64,000 bases of DNA, from IMG/VR virus record IMGVR_UViG_3300046059_000013, one strand, 5' to 3'. Position 1 is the first letter of the stretch; every line of letters starts with the position of its first letter. The notes below the pieces were generated by a model that made no database searches, was not told where the DNA came from, and saw nothing but the letters and a program-made list of their open reading frames with translations. This DNA is from a virus. The translations under genes and the position numbers were made by a program. Below are positions 36,418-46,401 of this stretch, piece by piece.

Positions 36418-36902
36418 TAGGCATCACCCTTCCTGTAGGTTAGGAGCATGACACGAAGATACGTCTGCCCGGCTTGGTCGAACTCGCTGTCAACCGCTCG
36501 CGCGGTGACCGTGTCATCGCTCACGGTGGAGTCGTACTTGCGGGCCTTGCCGTGGTCGTCGGCGGCGATGTAGTCGCCCTCGACCACGCTGCTGAGGGTG
36601 GGCGTGGCCTCAACGGTCACGGGTTGCGTGTTGTCGTACGCGACGCGGACAGTATCGTCCGATGTGAACCCGTCGTACTCGCGCTTGGGGGCGTCGGTCA
36701 CCGCGCCGGGGTCGGTGCGGAGCATGGAAACCCCAAGCGGGTCATTCTTGCTGTCCGCGTGCTCGACGCGGCCCTCGGTCCCGGTGGACTTGACGAACCG
36801 GGCAACGCTCACGTCCGAGGCGCTGGAGCCCACGTGCAGCTCGCGCCAGACCGTGTCGTCCGCGTCACCGTACTCGAGGACGCGGGGAGGTGCTTCAGCC
36901 AC
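36417..36902 (-). CDS. Head decoration/cement protein
   Basis: Between scaffold and MCP; GDYIAADD.GKA. Confidence 0.6.
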   Translation of the reverse strand: MAEAPPRVLEYGDADDTVWRELHVGSSASDVSVARFVKSTGTEGRVEHADSKNDPLGVSMLRTDPGAVTDAPKREYDGFTSDDTVRVAYDNTQPVTVEATPTLSSVVEGDYIAADDHGKARKYDSTVSDDTVTARAVDSEFDQAGQTYLRVMLLTYRKGDA

Positions 36903-36903
36903 G

Positions 36904-39270
36904 TTACGTCACCCCGGGGTTGGTGTTCGCTGCTGGACTTCCGGTCCAGTCGCCGTCGCTGGTCTTGAGTAGCTCGCCGCGGGCGAGTCGTTCCTTGTGG
37001 AACTCGTCGGCCGCCTCGAAGGAGTTGGGAACCTCGACGCCGGCTTCGCTCGACTCGCGCTCCTGAACGGGCACGGTCGGAGCGCCGGCGCGCTCGAGCT
37101 GGGCCTTGAAGAACTCAAGGTCCTCGACGGAATCGAAGCGCTCGAGTAGGTCTTCGGCCTCCACGTCGTAGAGGACGGACATCTCTTCGGCGAGTTCCTC
37201 TCGCTCGCGCTGCTGACTCTGCCGGCGCTCTTCCACGACGTCGTTCACCGTGTCGAGCTTGGACTCGATGCCGCCGAGTTGGTCCTCGAGCTTCTGCTCG
37301 AGCTTCTGCTCGACGATAGCTTCGACGTCGAGCTCCGGCTCGTCAGCGTCGCTTTCGGGGTTGGGGGTGGGCTCGGGCTCGGGCTCGGGGCCTGTGGCGT
37401 CGAGCTCCTCAACTTCAGCGACGTCGAGGTCGCGGGCGTCCTGGAGGTAGTCCTCTAGGACCCCGTCCTCGGCGAGCTCTTCGAGCGCTTCAACGGCCTC
37501 ATCGGTGTCGAGGCCGAGCGCCGCCTTGAGCTCTTTAGTGCCTTGCATACTGGGCTCACCCTCGTGTTTACCATGGTGGGTATTTAACGGGAGGGAACTC
37601 GTCTGGGTTTCCTCGTCAAGGATGCTGGTGTGTTCCTCGAGGAATTCAACCAGGTCGCACTCTTCGGCAACGCTTTGCGCTGTCACGAGGCCGGTCATGT
37701 CGAGGTGGTGGCGACCGGACAGGATGAGCGCCTTGGCGAGCGCCTCCTCGTCCTCGTCTTGGTGCCAGGCTTGCCAAGCCATGCCCTCGTCTTGGTTTTC
37801 TGGAGGGACGTGGGATTCGAGGTGGCTCAAGATGTCGGTCCTGGTGGAGTGGAGGTCCTCGGTCTGGTTGAGTCGAGCCTTGGCGTTGATAACGCCTCGA
37901 CGACTTGGATGCGGGGCGTTGTCGTGGTTGTCGGGGAAGTGGTGGGGGAGGTTCAGGTCGTCGTCAAAGTTGTCCGTGAACTCGTCCTCGTCGGGCGCGT
38001 CAGCATAGTGGCGAGCGATGCGGTTCTTCTCGTCGTTGCTGGTTTCACTCCACGTTTCAGCGTCGTTGTCCGTGTAGTCCGACAAGGACGGTCGCTCCCA
38101 CTCGCCGTCGCGAGGGTCGCTGCTTTGTTCCGGGTTTTGCGGGACCCTAGCTTGGGGGTTTGTGGGCGTGTCGGGCGTGATGCTGGTGCCGTCCGTGGTG
38201 ATTACGTTCGTAACGCTCACGTTCCCGTTTTCGTTCTCGTTGAACAGGAAGGAGTTGGCGTTCTCCGGGTTGGTGCTGGTTACTCCGTCCGCGGGAGCGT
38301 TGATGTTGACGTTCAGGTTGTCGGTCACCGTGCTGGGGTTGTCGCTCGCGGTGCCGGTGCTGGTGCCTCGTGTTTCCTCAGCGCCACCACCGCCGTCCCG
38401 GACAGGCGTGGTTTGGCTGGTGTGGGCGCGAAGCTGGTTTACAGCACTCTCGAACGTGGTAACCTCATCCACAAGACCCTGCTCTCGCGCGTTGTCCCCA
38501 ATGCGCACCCGACCATCCGCAAGCTTCTCAACGTCGGAAACGTTCAGCCCGCGACCGCGCGCGACGCTTTCCACGAAAAGCTCGTGGTGCTCCTGCAAGC
38601 GCTGCTCGTGCATCTCAAGCTGCTCGCTCGTGACCTCCGTGCCGGGCGAAAAGTCGCCCTTGTGCTCGGCGGTCTTGATGACGTGCGCTTCGAGCCCTTC
38701 ACGCTCAAAGGCTTCACTTTGGTCGACGACGCGCGTGAACACGCCGATGCTTCCAACTTCTGCGTGCCGGTTGGTGAACACGCGGTCGGCTTGCGAGGAA
38801 ATCCAGTACGCGGCGCTCGCGCCAAGGTCGTCAATAAACGCGAACACGGGCGTTTGCGTGTCTGCGATGGTGTCGGCGAGGGTGCCGGTGCCGGGCACGG
38901 TGCCGCCGGGCGAGTCGATGCGGAGCATGATGCCGCGCACGTCGTCGTTCGCGTCGGCTTCCCGGATGGCTTGGCGAGCGGCGCTCATGCTCGTTCCGCC
39001 GAGGTGCTTGTTCAGTTTGTGCGCGTGCTTGGTGAGGGGGCCGTCGAGGCTGAGGGCGAAGATGCCGTCCGGGCTGGTGCTGGTTTCCAGGCGGTCGGGG
39101 TCTTGTTCGCCGAGTTGCGCGATGTCTTGGCTTTGCAGGAGTTCGGTGGCGGCTTCCCAGCATTGTGCGAAGTGCTGGGGTTCCATCGCGTAGGCTCCGA
39201 TGAATTGGCTGTAGTTGTTGCAGACCTCGCTGTTGTCGAGGCCTGTGAGGACTTCCACCTTGTCACTCAT
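36904..39270 (-). CDS. S49 (SppA-like) prohead protease fused to scaffold
   Basis: LRIDSPGG, GASAAYWISS, VGSIGV, GLVDEV; acidic coiled-coil C-terminus. Confidence 0.92.
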   Translation of the reverse strand: MSDKVEVLTGLDNSEVCNNYSQFIGAYAMEPQHFAQCWEAATELLQSQDIAQLGEQDPDRLETSTSPDGIFALSLDGPLTKHAHKLNKHLGGTSMSAARQAIREADANDDVRGIMLRIDSPGGTVPGTGTLADTIADTQTPVFAFIDDLGASAAYWISSQADRVFTNRHAEVGSIGVFTRVVDQSEAFEREGLEAHVIKTAEHKGDFSPGTEVTSEQLEMHEQRLQEHHELFVESVARGRGLNVSDVEKLADGRVRIGDNAREQGLVDEVTTFESAVNQLRAHTSQTTPVRDGGGGAEETRGTSTGTASDNPSTVTDNLNVNINAPADGVTSTNPENANSFLFNENENGNVSVTNVITTDGTSITPDTPTNPQARVPQNPEQSSDPRDGEWERPSLSDYTDNDAETWSETSNDEKNRIARHYADAPDEDEFTDNFDDDLNLPHHFPDNHDNAPHPSRRGVINAKARLNQTEDLHSTRTDILSHLESHVPPENQDEGMAWQAWHQDEDEEALAKALILSGRHHLDMTGLVTAQSVAEECDLVEFLEEHTSILDEETQTSSLPLNTHHGKHEGEPSMQGTKELKAALGLDTDEAVEALEELAEDGVLEDYLQDARDLDVAEVEELDATGPEPEPEPTPNPESDADEPELDVEAIVEQKLEQKLEDQLGGIESKLDTVNDVVEERRQSQQREREELAEEMSVLYDVEAEDLLERFDSVEDLEFFKAQLERAGAPTVPVQERESSEAGVEVPNSFEAADEFHKERLARGELLKTSDGDWTGSPAANTNPGVT

Positions 39271-39779
39271 TCTCGGCTTCCTCGTCGTTGGAAGCGAAGC
39301 GTCCAGGAACCTCGGCCACGTTTGCCTCGGGCGAGTGTTCCGTGTTGAGGTCGAGGTCGAGTTCGCGGACTCTTCCGATGCCTGGAATCATCAAGGTTTG
39401 ATTCTCGTGTTCGGCTTCAAAAAAGGCGCGAACCGGCCTGGGGCAGTGGGGGCTGGGTTCGTGGACGGGCCCGTTTCGGTGCCCCTCGTGCCCCCTCCTC
39501 GTCCCTACTGCCTGCGCCGTTTGGCCTTCACAGCGCTGTGGCTTGCCATCATCGAGACTTGAAGGAGCGTGAGGGGCCCTCTTCGGGCACCACTAGCGAT
39601 TGCCGCACCCGCCCGTGCAGAGCGAGTCGGCTTGCGACGCCCGCGCCGTCTTGTGGGCGCCGCGAGGTGCTCCCCGCCGCCGCGCAAGGGAGCACTCGTG
39701 GGTTGTCGCCAGCCGGGCACGCACTCTCGTCCATGCCGCGTCCGCGCGTCTCCGCGCTCGAACCCATCAATCCCACGTA

Positions 39780-40118
39780 CTACGTGTCGACGGAAGAATC
39801 CTTGGGCTGACCATCGAAGCCAGTCAACATCTTGTCCGGGTCCGTGTCCGGGGGCCAATCCTCGAAACGGAGGAACCTGCGAAGACCACAATCCGTGTTC
39901 ATGCACCCGAAACGGTCCGTGAGCAGGCCCGTAGCGTCAACCGAAAGGTCACCCTTTGGGCCCACGTCGAACGTATACTTCGTCCTGCAATTGCATCGAA
40001 AGATGAGCAAGTGCGTGTCGCCTTCCGCGACGAGGGCGCCCCAGCGTAGGGGCTCCCGCAGTTCCTCCTGGCTCTCCGCGTGGGGGACGTTGAGAGGTTG
40101 GCGTCCAGTCGGGGCCAT
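39780..40118 (-). CDS. Small Cys-containing protein (CNC...C.N..C)
   Basis: ATG 40118 just after the portal stop. Confidence 0.55.
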   Translation of the reverse strand: MAPTGRQPLNVPHAESQEELREPLRWGALVAEGDTHLLIFRCNCRTKYTFDVGPKGDLSVDATGLLTDRFGCMNTDCGLRRFLRFEDWPPDTDPDKMLTGFDGQPKDSSVDT

Positions 40119-40122
40119 GGTG

Positions 40123-41655
40123 TTAGAGGTCGATGTCGGCGGCCACGGAGGACTCGTCCAGTTTGCGGGAAACCTCTTCGAGGTTCTGGTTGAGCTCCTC
40201 CATGAGCATCTCGAGGTTGCGGTCGTGCATGGACGCGGCGCGGTCTTCCCTGCTTGCCGCGGCCTCGTTGGCGCTGACTTCGTTCGCGCCTGCCTCGACG
40301 CGCGGGATGGGGTCGCGGTCCGGGTCGTCGGGGAAGAAATCCTCGATTTCCGGGGGCACCTGTCGACCCCAGCGGAGCGCGGCCTCGAGCGCCATGCTCG
40401 AGGAGCGGAACACGTATGCGAGTTCGCGCAAGTTGTAATGCCTGCTTTCCGGCCACCGAAAGTTGACGGGGAGCTCGGCGGCGCTGGGAACTTCGCCGGT
40501 GACTTTGCCAACGGTTACGGCGTGTTGGATGTGTTGGGAGGCGAAGTTGGAGCGAACGGTAGAGATGGCGGAGTCCCACTCGTCCCGGTCGATTTCCTCC
40601 AGGTTGGCGCCGGTGCTCACGCTTGCGATTTGGCTTTTCGTGAACTCGGTCGCGTTCGAGATGCGGGCGACCAGCGCGTTAATAATTTCGCGGGGGTCGG
40701 GCAGGTCGGCGGCGCCGATGCGTTCAATCGTAATGCCTTCGACGGGGTCAATAATTTGGTTGTGGCCGCTGATGAGGCCGCCGAGGTTGCTGCGGAGTTT
40801 GGATTTCTCGTTTTCGCCGAGCGTGATGTTGCGTTCGAGGGCTTTGTCGTCAACCGTGACTTGCAGCGCGTTGCCCTCGAATTGTTGGTGTGTTTGCGAG
40901 TAGAGGATGTCGCGGAGGTTCCAAATGTCGTCGTAAATGGGCATCAGTTTGGGGCGCCCGAGCCAGTCTTGCACCGTTTTGTCTTCTTTGAACAGTTCGA
41001 GGCGGCTTCCGTGAATCGTGGTGGTTTCGTCGTCTTGGAGTTGCACTTGCCCGATGCGGTCTCGGGCGATGAGCTTGTTGGTGCTTGTGCTCATTTTGAC
41101 GTTTTCAACCTGGTCTTGGTTGATAACGTCGAACCCGACCACGTCGTCGCCGCGGGAGGCGGGTTCGTCCAGGTTGCCCGTCATGCGCCAGAAGAGGAAG
41201 GAGGAGCCGTCGCGGCGGGCGATGCTTTGCGCTGCTTGCGAGTGGTCAAGGTAGCCAAGACGGACGAGGCGGGTGAGCCAGGTGTCGATGTCGTTTTGCC
41301 CGGTGCTGGGGATCCCGGCCCATACGGCTTTGGGCACCTCGTGAATAATCATTTGCGCGGTGGGGTCGCGGTTTTCGAGGTACCGGAAGTCGTGGCGGAA
41401 GAGTTGGGGGTTGTAGTTGTAGACGCGGGTTTCTTTTTGCCGGTTGGAGAAGGGGTGTCGGTAGCCGTCGCCTTCACTTAGCCAGGCGTCCCAGAGTGCG
41501 CCGGGTACTGTGGTGCCGGCGCCTTGCGTGGTGGGGACGGTTTCTTCGTGACGGTGCGTCATCCATTCGTCGAGCATTCCCTGGTCTTGGTCTCGTTGGA
41601 CGGCGCTGAGGAAGTTGACGACGCCGTCCGCGGAGTCGAAGATGAATGAGGGCAC
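40123..41655 (-). CDS. Portal protein (DUF1073-like)
   Basis: A..AR.DGSSFL, IHGSRL, GRP, ISNATE.T.S.I; head-module position. Confidence 0.8.
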   Translation of the reverse strand: MPSFIFDSADGVVNFLSAVQRDQDQGMLDEWMTHRHEETVPTTQGAGTTVPGALWDAWLSEGDGYRHPFSNRQKETRVYNYNPQLFRHDFRYLENRDPTAQMIIHEVPKAVWAGIPSTGQNDIDTWLTRLVRLGYLDHSQAAQSIARRDGSSFLFWRMTGNLDEPASRGDDVVGFDVINQDQVENVKMSTSTNKLIARDRIGQVQLQDDETTTIHGSRLELFKEDKTVQDWLGRPKLMPIYDDIWNLRDILYSQTHQQFEGNALQVTVDDKALERNITLGENEKSKLRSNLGGLISGHNQIIDPVEGITIERIGAADLPDPREIINALVARISNATEFTKSQIASVSTGANLEEIDRDEWDSAISTVRSNFASQHIQHAVTVGKVTGEVPSAAELPVNFRWPESRHYNLRELAYVFRSSSMALEAALRWGRQVPPEIEDFFPDDPDRDPIPRVEAGANEVSANEAAASREDRAASMHDRNLEMLMEELNQNLEEVSRKLDESSVAADIDL

Positions 41656-41722
41656 GGTCTGGTTGGCATACGGCCTTCACGCCTTATGAAGGGTTGGAGG
41701 TTGTGCGGGGCCCTCAGGGGGT

Positions 41723-41917
41723 CTAGCTCTTGGTTCGGGTTCCTGCTTGTCCTTTTTTGCCTTGCCAGGAGGTTGCGTCCATGTCTAGGTCGTACTTGTC
41801 TTCCATTTCGAAGTCGTCGTCTTTGGCGTCGGCGGGGTTGAAGGTGGCGCCGAAGTCGATGTCGGCGGTTTCCTCTTCGTCGTTGTTTTGCTGGGTTTTC
41901 TTTTTGAGCGAGGGCAT
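41723..41917 (-). CDS. Small acidic protein
   Basis: D/E-rich ORF upstream of the portal. Confidence 0.5.
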   Translation of the reverse strand: MPSLKKKTQQNNDEEETADIDFGATFNPADAKDDDFEMEDKYDLDMDATSWQGKKGQAGTRTKS

Positions 41918-41968
41918 ACCTTGCTATTGCATGGCAAGGCTTGTTGAAGTTTGCCGTCCCGCCTCGGC

Positions 41969-42160
41969 TCACAATAGCCAGTTTTCGAGCTTCTCAGCGC
42001 ACCGCTTGGCATCATCACGAAGAGCCAGGGGAGCCCCCGACGCCTCCGCCCTAGCCACAAGTCCCTGAAGACGAGTGTGAAGCTCGCGCACCTCCTCCTT
42101 CAGGTCGTCGTACTCGTTGAGTCGGTCCCTATCTCGCACGAGGTGGGGAAGAGGAACCAA
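41969..42160 (-). CDS. Small helical protein
   Basis: Coiled-coil-like; start uncertain. Confidence 0.45.
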   Translation of the reverse strand: MVPLPHLVRDRDRLNEYDDLKEEVRELHTRLQGLVARAEASGAPLALRDDAKRCAEKLENWLL

Positions 42161-42190
42161 GCAAGATAAGGGCTACGCACCTGTGTGGAA

Positions 42191-43582
42191 GTGGCTTCCT
42201 CCCCGGCCTTCACGCCGGGGCTTCCTTGTTCATTCACGAGCACCAACCCCCTGAGTGGGTTTGCAACCTCTCGTGTCCAAAGGCGTTGATTCCCCACAGC
42301 CCGTGGGTACTGGTTCGTCGTTGACTTCAAGTTTCTTGATGCCCCGTTGCCGAATCTCACGCGCCGCGTTCTGGTCGCGACCCATCGTGAGCCCGCACTC
42401 AGGGCAATCATGCTCGCGCTGCGACAACGGTTTCGGGCTCCGATGCCCGCACCGGTGACAATCGCTCGTCGTGTGCTTGGCGTTCACGCGGACAAGATGT
42501 CCGCCGTGCTCTTCAAGCTTGTACTCCAAGAACCGGAACAGGGTCCCCCACGCGGCATCATGCACGCTTTGGGCGCGGGAGCCTTGGGTGAGTCCCGTGA
42601 GGTTGTCCTCGACGGCGACCACCTGGTACTCCTCGGCCAGGTACCGTGCGACCTTGTGAAGGTAGTCCCTGCGCTGGTTCTTGATTGTGCGATGCAGTTT
42701 GGCAACCTGTTCGCGTTGCTTGTGCCAATTGTTGCTGCCTTGTTCCTTGCGGGACAAGTGTCGTTGTTCTCTCTGAAGCTTCTGCAAGGACTGTTCGAGG
42801 TGACGAGGGTTGGGAATCGTGTCCCCGTTGCTGAGGGTTAACAACTCCGTGAGGCCCGCGTCCACGCCCATCACGCCGCCTTCGGCCTGGGGCTTGGCGA
42901 GGTTCTCCTCGGGCACGTCGAAGGTGATCAATGCCCACCAGTCGCCGTGTCGGTCTTCTTTTACCGTGCATGTTTTTGCCTTGCAGTTTTCATCCAGCCA
43001 CGGCGGCTTGTCCTCGTGGAACGCTCGAACCCATCCAAGCTTGGACAAGTACACCTCGCCATCCCGGTACTTAAACGAGCCGTGTCCACTATTCCGGGAT
43101 TGGGGATACGTCATCGAGCGGTACGCTGCGCGTCCCTTGTAGCGCGGGTACTCGTGGTTGGTGTCGGGGTTGAAGAAGTTCTGGAAGGCTCGGTCCAGGC
43201 GCTTCACCACGTTTTGCAAGACCTGCGCGGGCGGGTCCTGAAACCGTGGATGGTCCTGCTTGAATTGAACCAATTGGGCCTGTTGCTCGGTTTTGGAGAT
43301 GCTTTCTCCGTACTCTTTCCACAGGAGTTCTCGATGTTCAAGGCACAAGTTGTACAGTGTCCGACATAGGCACAGCGTCCAGCCCAACTCCTCCTGCTGG
43401 TCTTGCGAAGGGTACAATCGGAGTTTTAGGGTGCGTTTGGGCATTGGGCGTCGTGCGGATATACGCAAGGGGGTTGTGGGGTTTGGGTCTTTTGGTCAGA
43501 GTGTGCGTGGTGCCATGCTCCTTGTTCCGACCCCTTCGATTCATCCCCAACCTAAAGAACAGGAACCCTTTTGACGGAAGAG
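42191..43582 (-). mobile_element. IS605-family element, tnpB only (IS-1)
   Basis: Right end CCCCGGC..GCCGGGGAGGAAGCCAC. Left end TTAA|CTCTTCC...TTTAGGTTGGGGATGAATCG resembles the left end of IS-3. Confidence 0.75.
42230..43444 (-). CDS. tnpB: TnpB RNA-guided nuclease
   Basis: RuvC D (GVDAG), E (AVED), D (RDQNAA); CxxC zinc ribbon. Confidence 0.95.
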   Translation of the reverse strand: MPKRTLKLRLYPSQDQQEELGWTLCLCRTLYNLCLEHRELLWKEYGESISKTEQQAQLVQFKQDHPRFQDPPAQVLQNVVKRLDRAFQNFFNPDTNHEYPRYKGRAAYRSMTYPQSRNSGHGSFKYRDGEVYLSKLGWVRAFHEDKPPWLDENCKAKTCTVKEDRHGDWWALITFDVPEENLAKPQAEGGVMGVDAGLTELLTLSNGDTIPNPRHLEQSLQKLQREQRHLSRKEQGSNNWHKQREQVAKLHRTIKNQRRDYLHKVARYLAEEYQVVAVEDNLTGLTQGSRAQSVHDAAWGTLFRFLEYKLEEHGGHLVRVNAKHTTSDCHRCGHRSPKPLSQREHDCPECGLTMGRDQNAAREIRQRGIKKLEVNDEPVPTGCGESTPLDTRGCKPTQGVGARE

Positions 43583-43800
43583 TTAAACCCATCGCCCCGA
43601 ACTGACATCCTCCCACGACTTAAGTCGTGGGGTTCCACGGTCACAGACCGTGCCCCCGACTCCGGCAGGTTCCCGTCGTCGGCGGTTTCCTTGGCGGCTT
43701 CAAGTTCTTGCTCGGCGGCTTGAACGTGTTCGAGAGCTTCCTCGTTCACGCTCCCGGGCCTTTGGTGAAGACGTGTTGCTCGTCGCAACGAGGACACCAC
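43552..43800 (-). CDS. Small protein whose C-terminus runs through the orphan right end
   Basis: Helical N-terminus, then EPHDLSRGRMS (typical tnpB-end translation). Confidence 0.45.
   Translation of the reverse strand: MVSSLRRATRLHQRPGSVNEEALEHVQAAEQELEAAKETADDGNLPESGARSVTVEPHDLSRGRMSVRGDGFNSSVKRVPVL
43602..43636 (-). mobile_element. Orphan IS605-type right end
   Basis: GGAACCCCACGAC-TTAA-GTCGTGGGAGGATGTCAG with no tnpB upstream. Confidence 0.75.
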
Positions 43801-43869
43801 TTTATGACATAGTTCCTAGGCGCGGGAGAGGTCAAAGCCATCGCCCTGAAGATAGTGCCGGGGGCAACC

Positions 43870-44781
43870 TTAGTGTTCGGTTTGCGGGTAGACGACTTCG
43901 CCGCTGAGCACCTCGCCCGACCGCACGCTGAATTTCGTGTACGCCGACGGCTGCGCCGACACACCCATGTCCAGACTATAATCATCAACAGCGTGCGCAG
44001 GCAACTCGTCAGGAACCATCGTCGTATCCCGGAACGTGCCACTCTTCGCATACCACCGCTCACACGGGTCCACAAACCGATGCCTACCATCATGCTGCTC
44101 GCTCGTGGACGCCCCGTGCTCCACCCACGTCATCTCCTCCTCCACCTCATCATCCAGGAGCTTGTGCTTCGAGCGGTCCGGCGGCCCAAACACGGCGCTT
44201 TCGTGCGTGTGACCCGTGGCAACAATACTGGCGCTTGCCGCCTGGTCCTGCGGTTCGCTAAACCGCCGCATAATCGTGTAGTACCGACCCCCGTGCTTTT
44301 TCGCGTCGCTGTTGCTGCTCTTCGGGATGCGCCGCCCCTTGTGCTGAACGTGCGCGCCAACGCCCCCGTTTGGTGTTTTCATCATCACGAAGTGTTGCCC
44401 GCTCAGGTAGGGCGATTCCAGGTCGTGGCACATGCGGTCACGAATGGGGCTCACCGTGTCGAGCACCATCTTGTCGTGGTTGCCGCGCAGGATGCCCAAA
44501 ATGTTGTCTTGAATGGGTTCGAGGAGGCTTGTAGCGTGCTCGAGCTGGTCGAGGGGTTTCTGAATGTCGAGGAGCTCGAACTCGTGATGGTCGTGGCTTG
44601 TGGGGTGGCCTTCGATGTAGTCGCCCATGAGGATACAGTATGTTGGGACTTGCGCGTTTTGAATGTCGTCAACCATGCTTTTGACGCCGTCCTCGTTGAA
44701 GAAGACGCTTCCTGTGTGGAGGTCCCCGGCGAGGACGAGGTCGAAATCGCTTTCGACGTTAACTGTGAGACTCCGGCTCAC
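43870..44781 (-). CDS. Calcineurin-like metallophosphoesterase
   Basis: GDLH, GDY, GNHD, GHTH motifs. Confidence 0.9.
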   Translation of the reverse strand: MSRSLTVNVESDFDLVLAGDLHTGSVFFNEDGVKSMVDDIQNAQVPTYCILMGDYIEGHPTSHDHHEFELLDIQKPLDQLEHATSLLEPIQDNILGILRGNHDKMVLDTVSPIRDRMCHDLESPYLSGQHFVMMKTPNGGVGAHVQHKGRRIPKSSNSDAKKHGGRYYTIMRRFSEPQDQAASASIVATGHTHESAVFGPPDRSKHKLLDDEVEEEMTWVEHGASTSEQHDGRHRFVDPCERWYAKSGTFRDTTMVPDELPAHAVDDYSLDMGVSAQPSAYTKFSVRSGEVLSGEVVYPQTEH

Positions 44782-44960
44782 GTTTCCACTCCTAGCGTGA
44801 CTTCTTTGGCGTCCACAACGAACAGGCCTCCAAGGCATCCATCCCCGCCAGCGTCCGTGTGGCGCGGCAACGAGAGCATGTTAAAGCCTCCAAGCGGGGA
44901 AGGTGTAAGGGGGAGGTCTTCGCCGCATTGTTGGCACGTCGCCTCAAGCTGCATGGTCAC
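44778..44960 (-). CDS. CxxC micro-protein
   Basis: CQQCG. Confidence 0.6.
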   Translation of the reverse strand: MTMQLEATCQQCGEDLPLTPSPLGGFNMLSLPRHTDAGGDGCLGGLFVVDAKEVTLGVET

Positions 44961-45514
44961 GTTGGTACCTCGTAGAGCTTGTCCATCGTGGCGGGCGGTC
45001 CGTGATTGGAATCCTCGCGGTACATGTTATGGTCACCATGATGCCTGTAGAACCGCATCGCCCGTCGACACCCATCGCAATAGGTCCCCTCTTCCTCGCA
45101 TGGTTCAAGCTCCTCACCGCATTGCCAGCACCGCCCCTCCTCCTTGTTGGAGTGGTGCCACTCGCGCCGAATACGGTTTTTCTCTTGGTTGCAGGGGCGG
45201 CACCGCACCGAGCCCTCCCGAGCCTTGCGGTCACCGCAATGGACACAGGTTCCCTGCTCTTTGCGCTCCTCGTACTGCCTCTTCATGCGTTGGCGCTGTC
45301 TGTGCAGTTTGCAGCGTCGGCGCGGGCAGTACCGTTGCCAGGGGTTGTATTTCGAGGAGGGGGCAAAGAAGAAGCCGCAATGCGAGCACGGCTTGGGCGA
45401 GGAGGCCTCGAGGTCCATCGCTCGCATTCGGTGAAGGGGCTGGGAAAGCAAAAACCCTTGTTTTCGCTGTTGGCCAGGAGGGGGAAACGCCTTTCCGAAA
45501 GCCTCGCACGCCAT
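44957..45514 (-). CDS. Multi-zinc-finger basic protein
   Basis: CSHC, C...C, CVHC, CRPC, CWQC, CDGC. Confidence 0.7.
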   Translation of the reverse strand: MACEAFGKAFPPPGQQRKQGFLLSQPLHRMRAMDLEASSPKPCSHCGFFFAPSSKYNPWQRYCPRRRCKLHRQRQRMKRQYEERKEQGTCVHCGDRKAREGSVRCRPCNQEKNRIRREWHHSNKEEGRCWQCGEELEPCEEEGTYCDGCRRAMRFYRHHGDHNMYREDSNHGPPATMDKLYEVPT

Positions 45515-46132
45515 TTACGTGTCCGTGTCGTCGGCGGGGCTTTCACTCGACTCGTCCGCGTCCCCGTTGCTTGGCTCGTTGGCGGGGCCCTCGTCCGGTT
45601 CGTTGTCTCTCTCAAAGTCGCGCGTCTCTTTCGTAACTGGGAACCCACGCCCACACAAGGGACAATTATCGGCGCCCTGGTTGGAGAGGTGCCCGTGCTT
45701 GCGCTTCATCGGGCACAACTTGTACCGGACCTCGTCCTCGAACTGTTCAAGAATGTCCCCGGTAATGTCGTCGTCGTCCATTTCCTCGACGTCCGTTTTG
45801 GTGAGGTCGCCGAGGGGCTTGTCCGGGGTGGTGTCCTCGTCGGATTGGTCGATGGTGACAGCCTGACGGTACGGGACTTCCTTGGCGCGGGACGCCAGGC
45901 GCGTGCCAATAGGAACGTTGCGTTGCCCGGCCTCGCCAATAGGGACCAGGTCGCCGCGCTTGAGGCGACCCACGAGGTAGCACTCGGGGCAGCACCAGCA
46001 CGGGCTGATGGTAGCTTTCCCGTCGCCGCCATGCACTTGGTGCCCGGTGTCTTCGGGGCCGCAGCAGAGTCGCTCTCCGCAGCTTGGGCAGTCGAACTTG
46101 GCGCGGCCTTTCTTGAGCGGGATGCGCGTCAT
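45515..46132 (-). CDS. Zinc-finger protein with acidic tail
   Basis: CPSC, CPEC, CPLC. Confidence 0.7.
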   Translation of the reverse strand: MTRIPLKKGRAKFDCPSCGERLCCGPEDTGHQVHGGDGKATISPCWCCPECYLVGRLKRGDLVPIGEAGQRNVPIGTRLASRAKEVPYRQAVTIDQSDEDTTPDKPLGDLTKTDVEEMDDDDITGDILEQFEDEVRYKLCPMKRKHGHLSNQGADNCPLCGRGFPVTKETRDFERDNEPDEGPANEPSNGDADESSESPADDTDT

Positions 46133-46401
46133 GAGTCTTCGTCACCAGGGTCGGCGTCGTTTTCGGTTCGCTTCTGGAAGTATGCTCCAATCAGCAACCA
46201 GAAAAGCATGTACCCCGTGATGATGAGAGCGGGCACAATAAGCCACGCATAGAACTTTCCGTAGGGTAAGTGGGAAGCGTACACGAGGTGGGAGAGGATT
46301 CCAACAGCGGCGAGCGTGAAGGCGTTCGCGAATTGCTCGCCCGAGTCGCTGAAGAGGCCCATCGCGAGCGCGAGCAGGCCCACAACGAGTTCCAGAATCA
46401 C
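46129..46401 (-). CDS. Small membrane protein
   Basis: Three hydrophobic segments. Confidence 0.6.
   Translation of the reverse strand: MILELVVGLLALAMGLFSDSGEQFANAFTLAAVGILSHLVYASHLPYGKFYAWLIVPALIITGYMLFWLLIGAYFQKRTENDADPGDEDS

Noticed and set aside
31253-45636. Long + strand ORFs (31253-32950, 32589-34295, 37630-39348, 39832-41481, 43855-45636)
   Set aside because: Antisense shadows of well-supported minus-strand genes in GC-rich DNA; no motifs.
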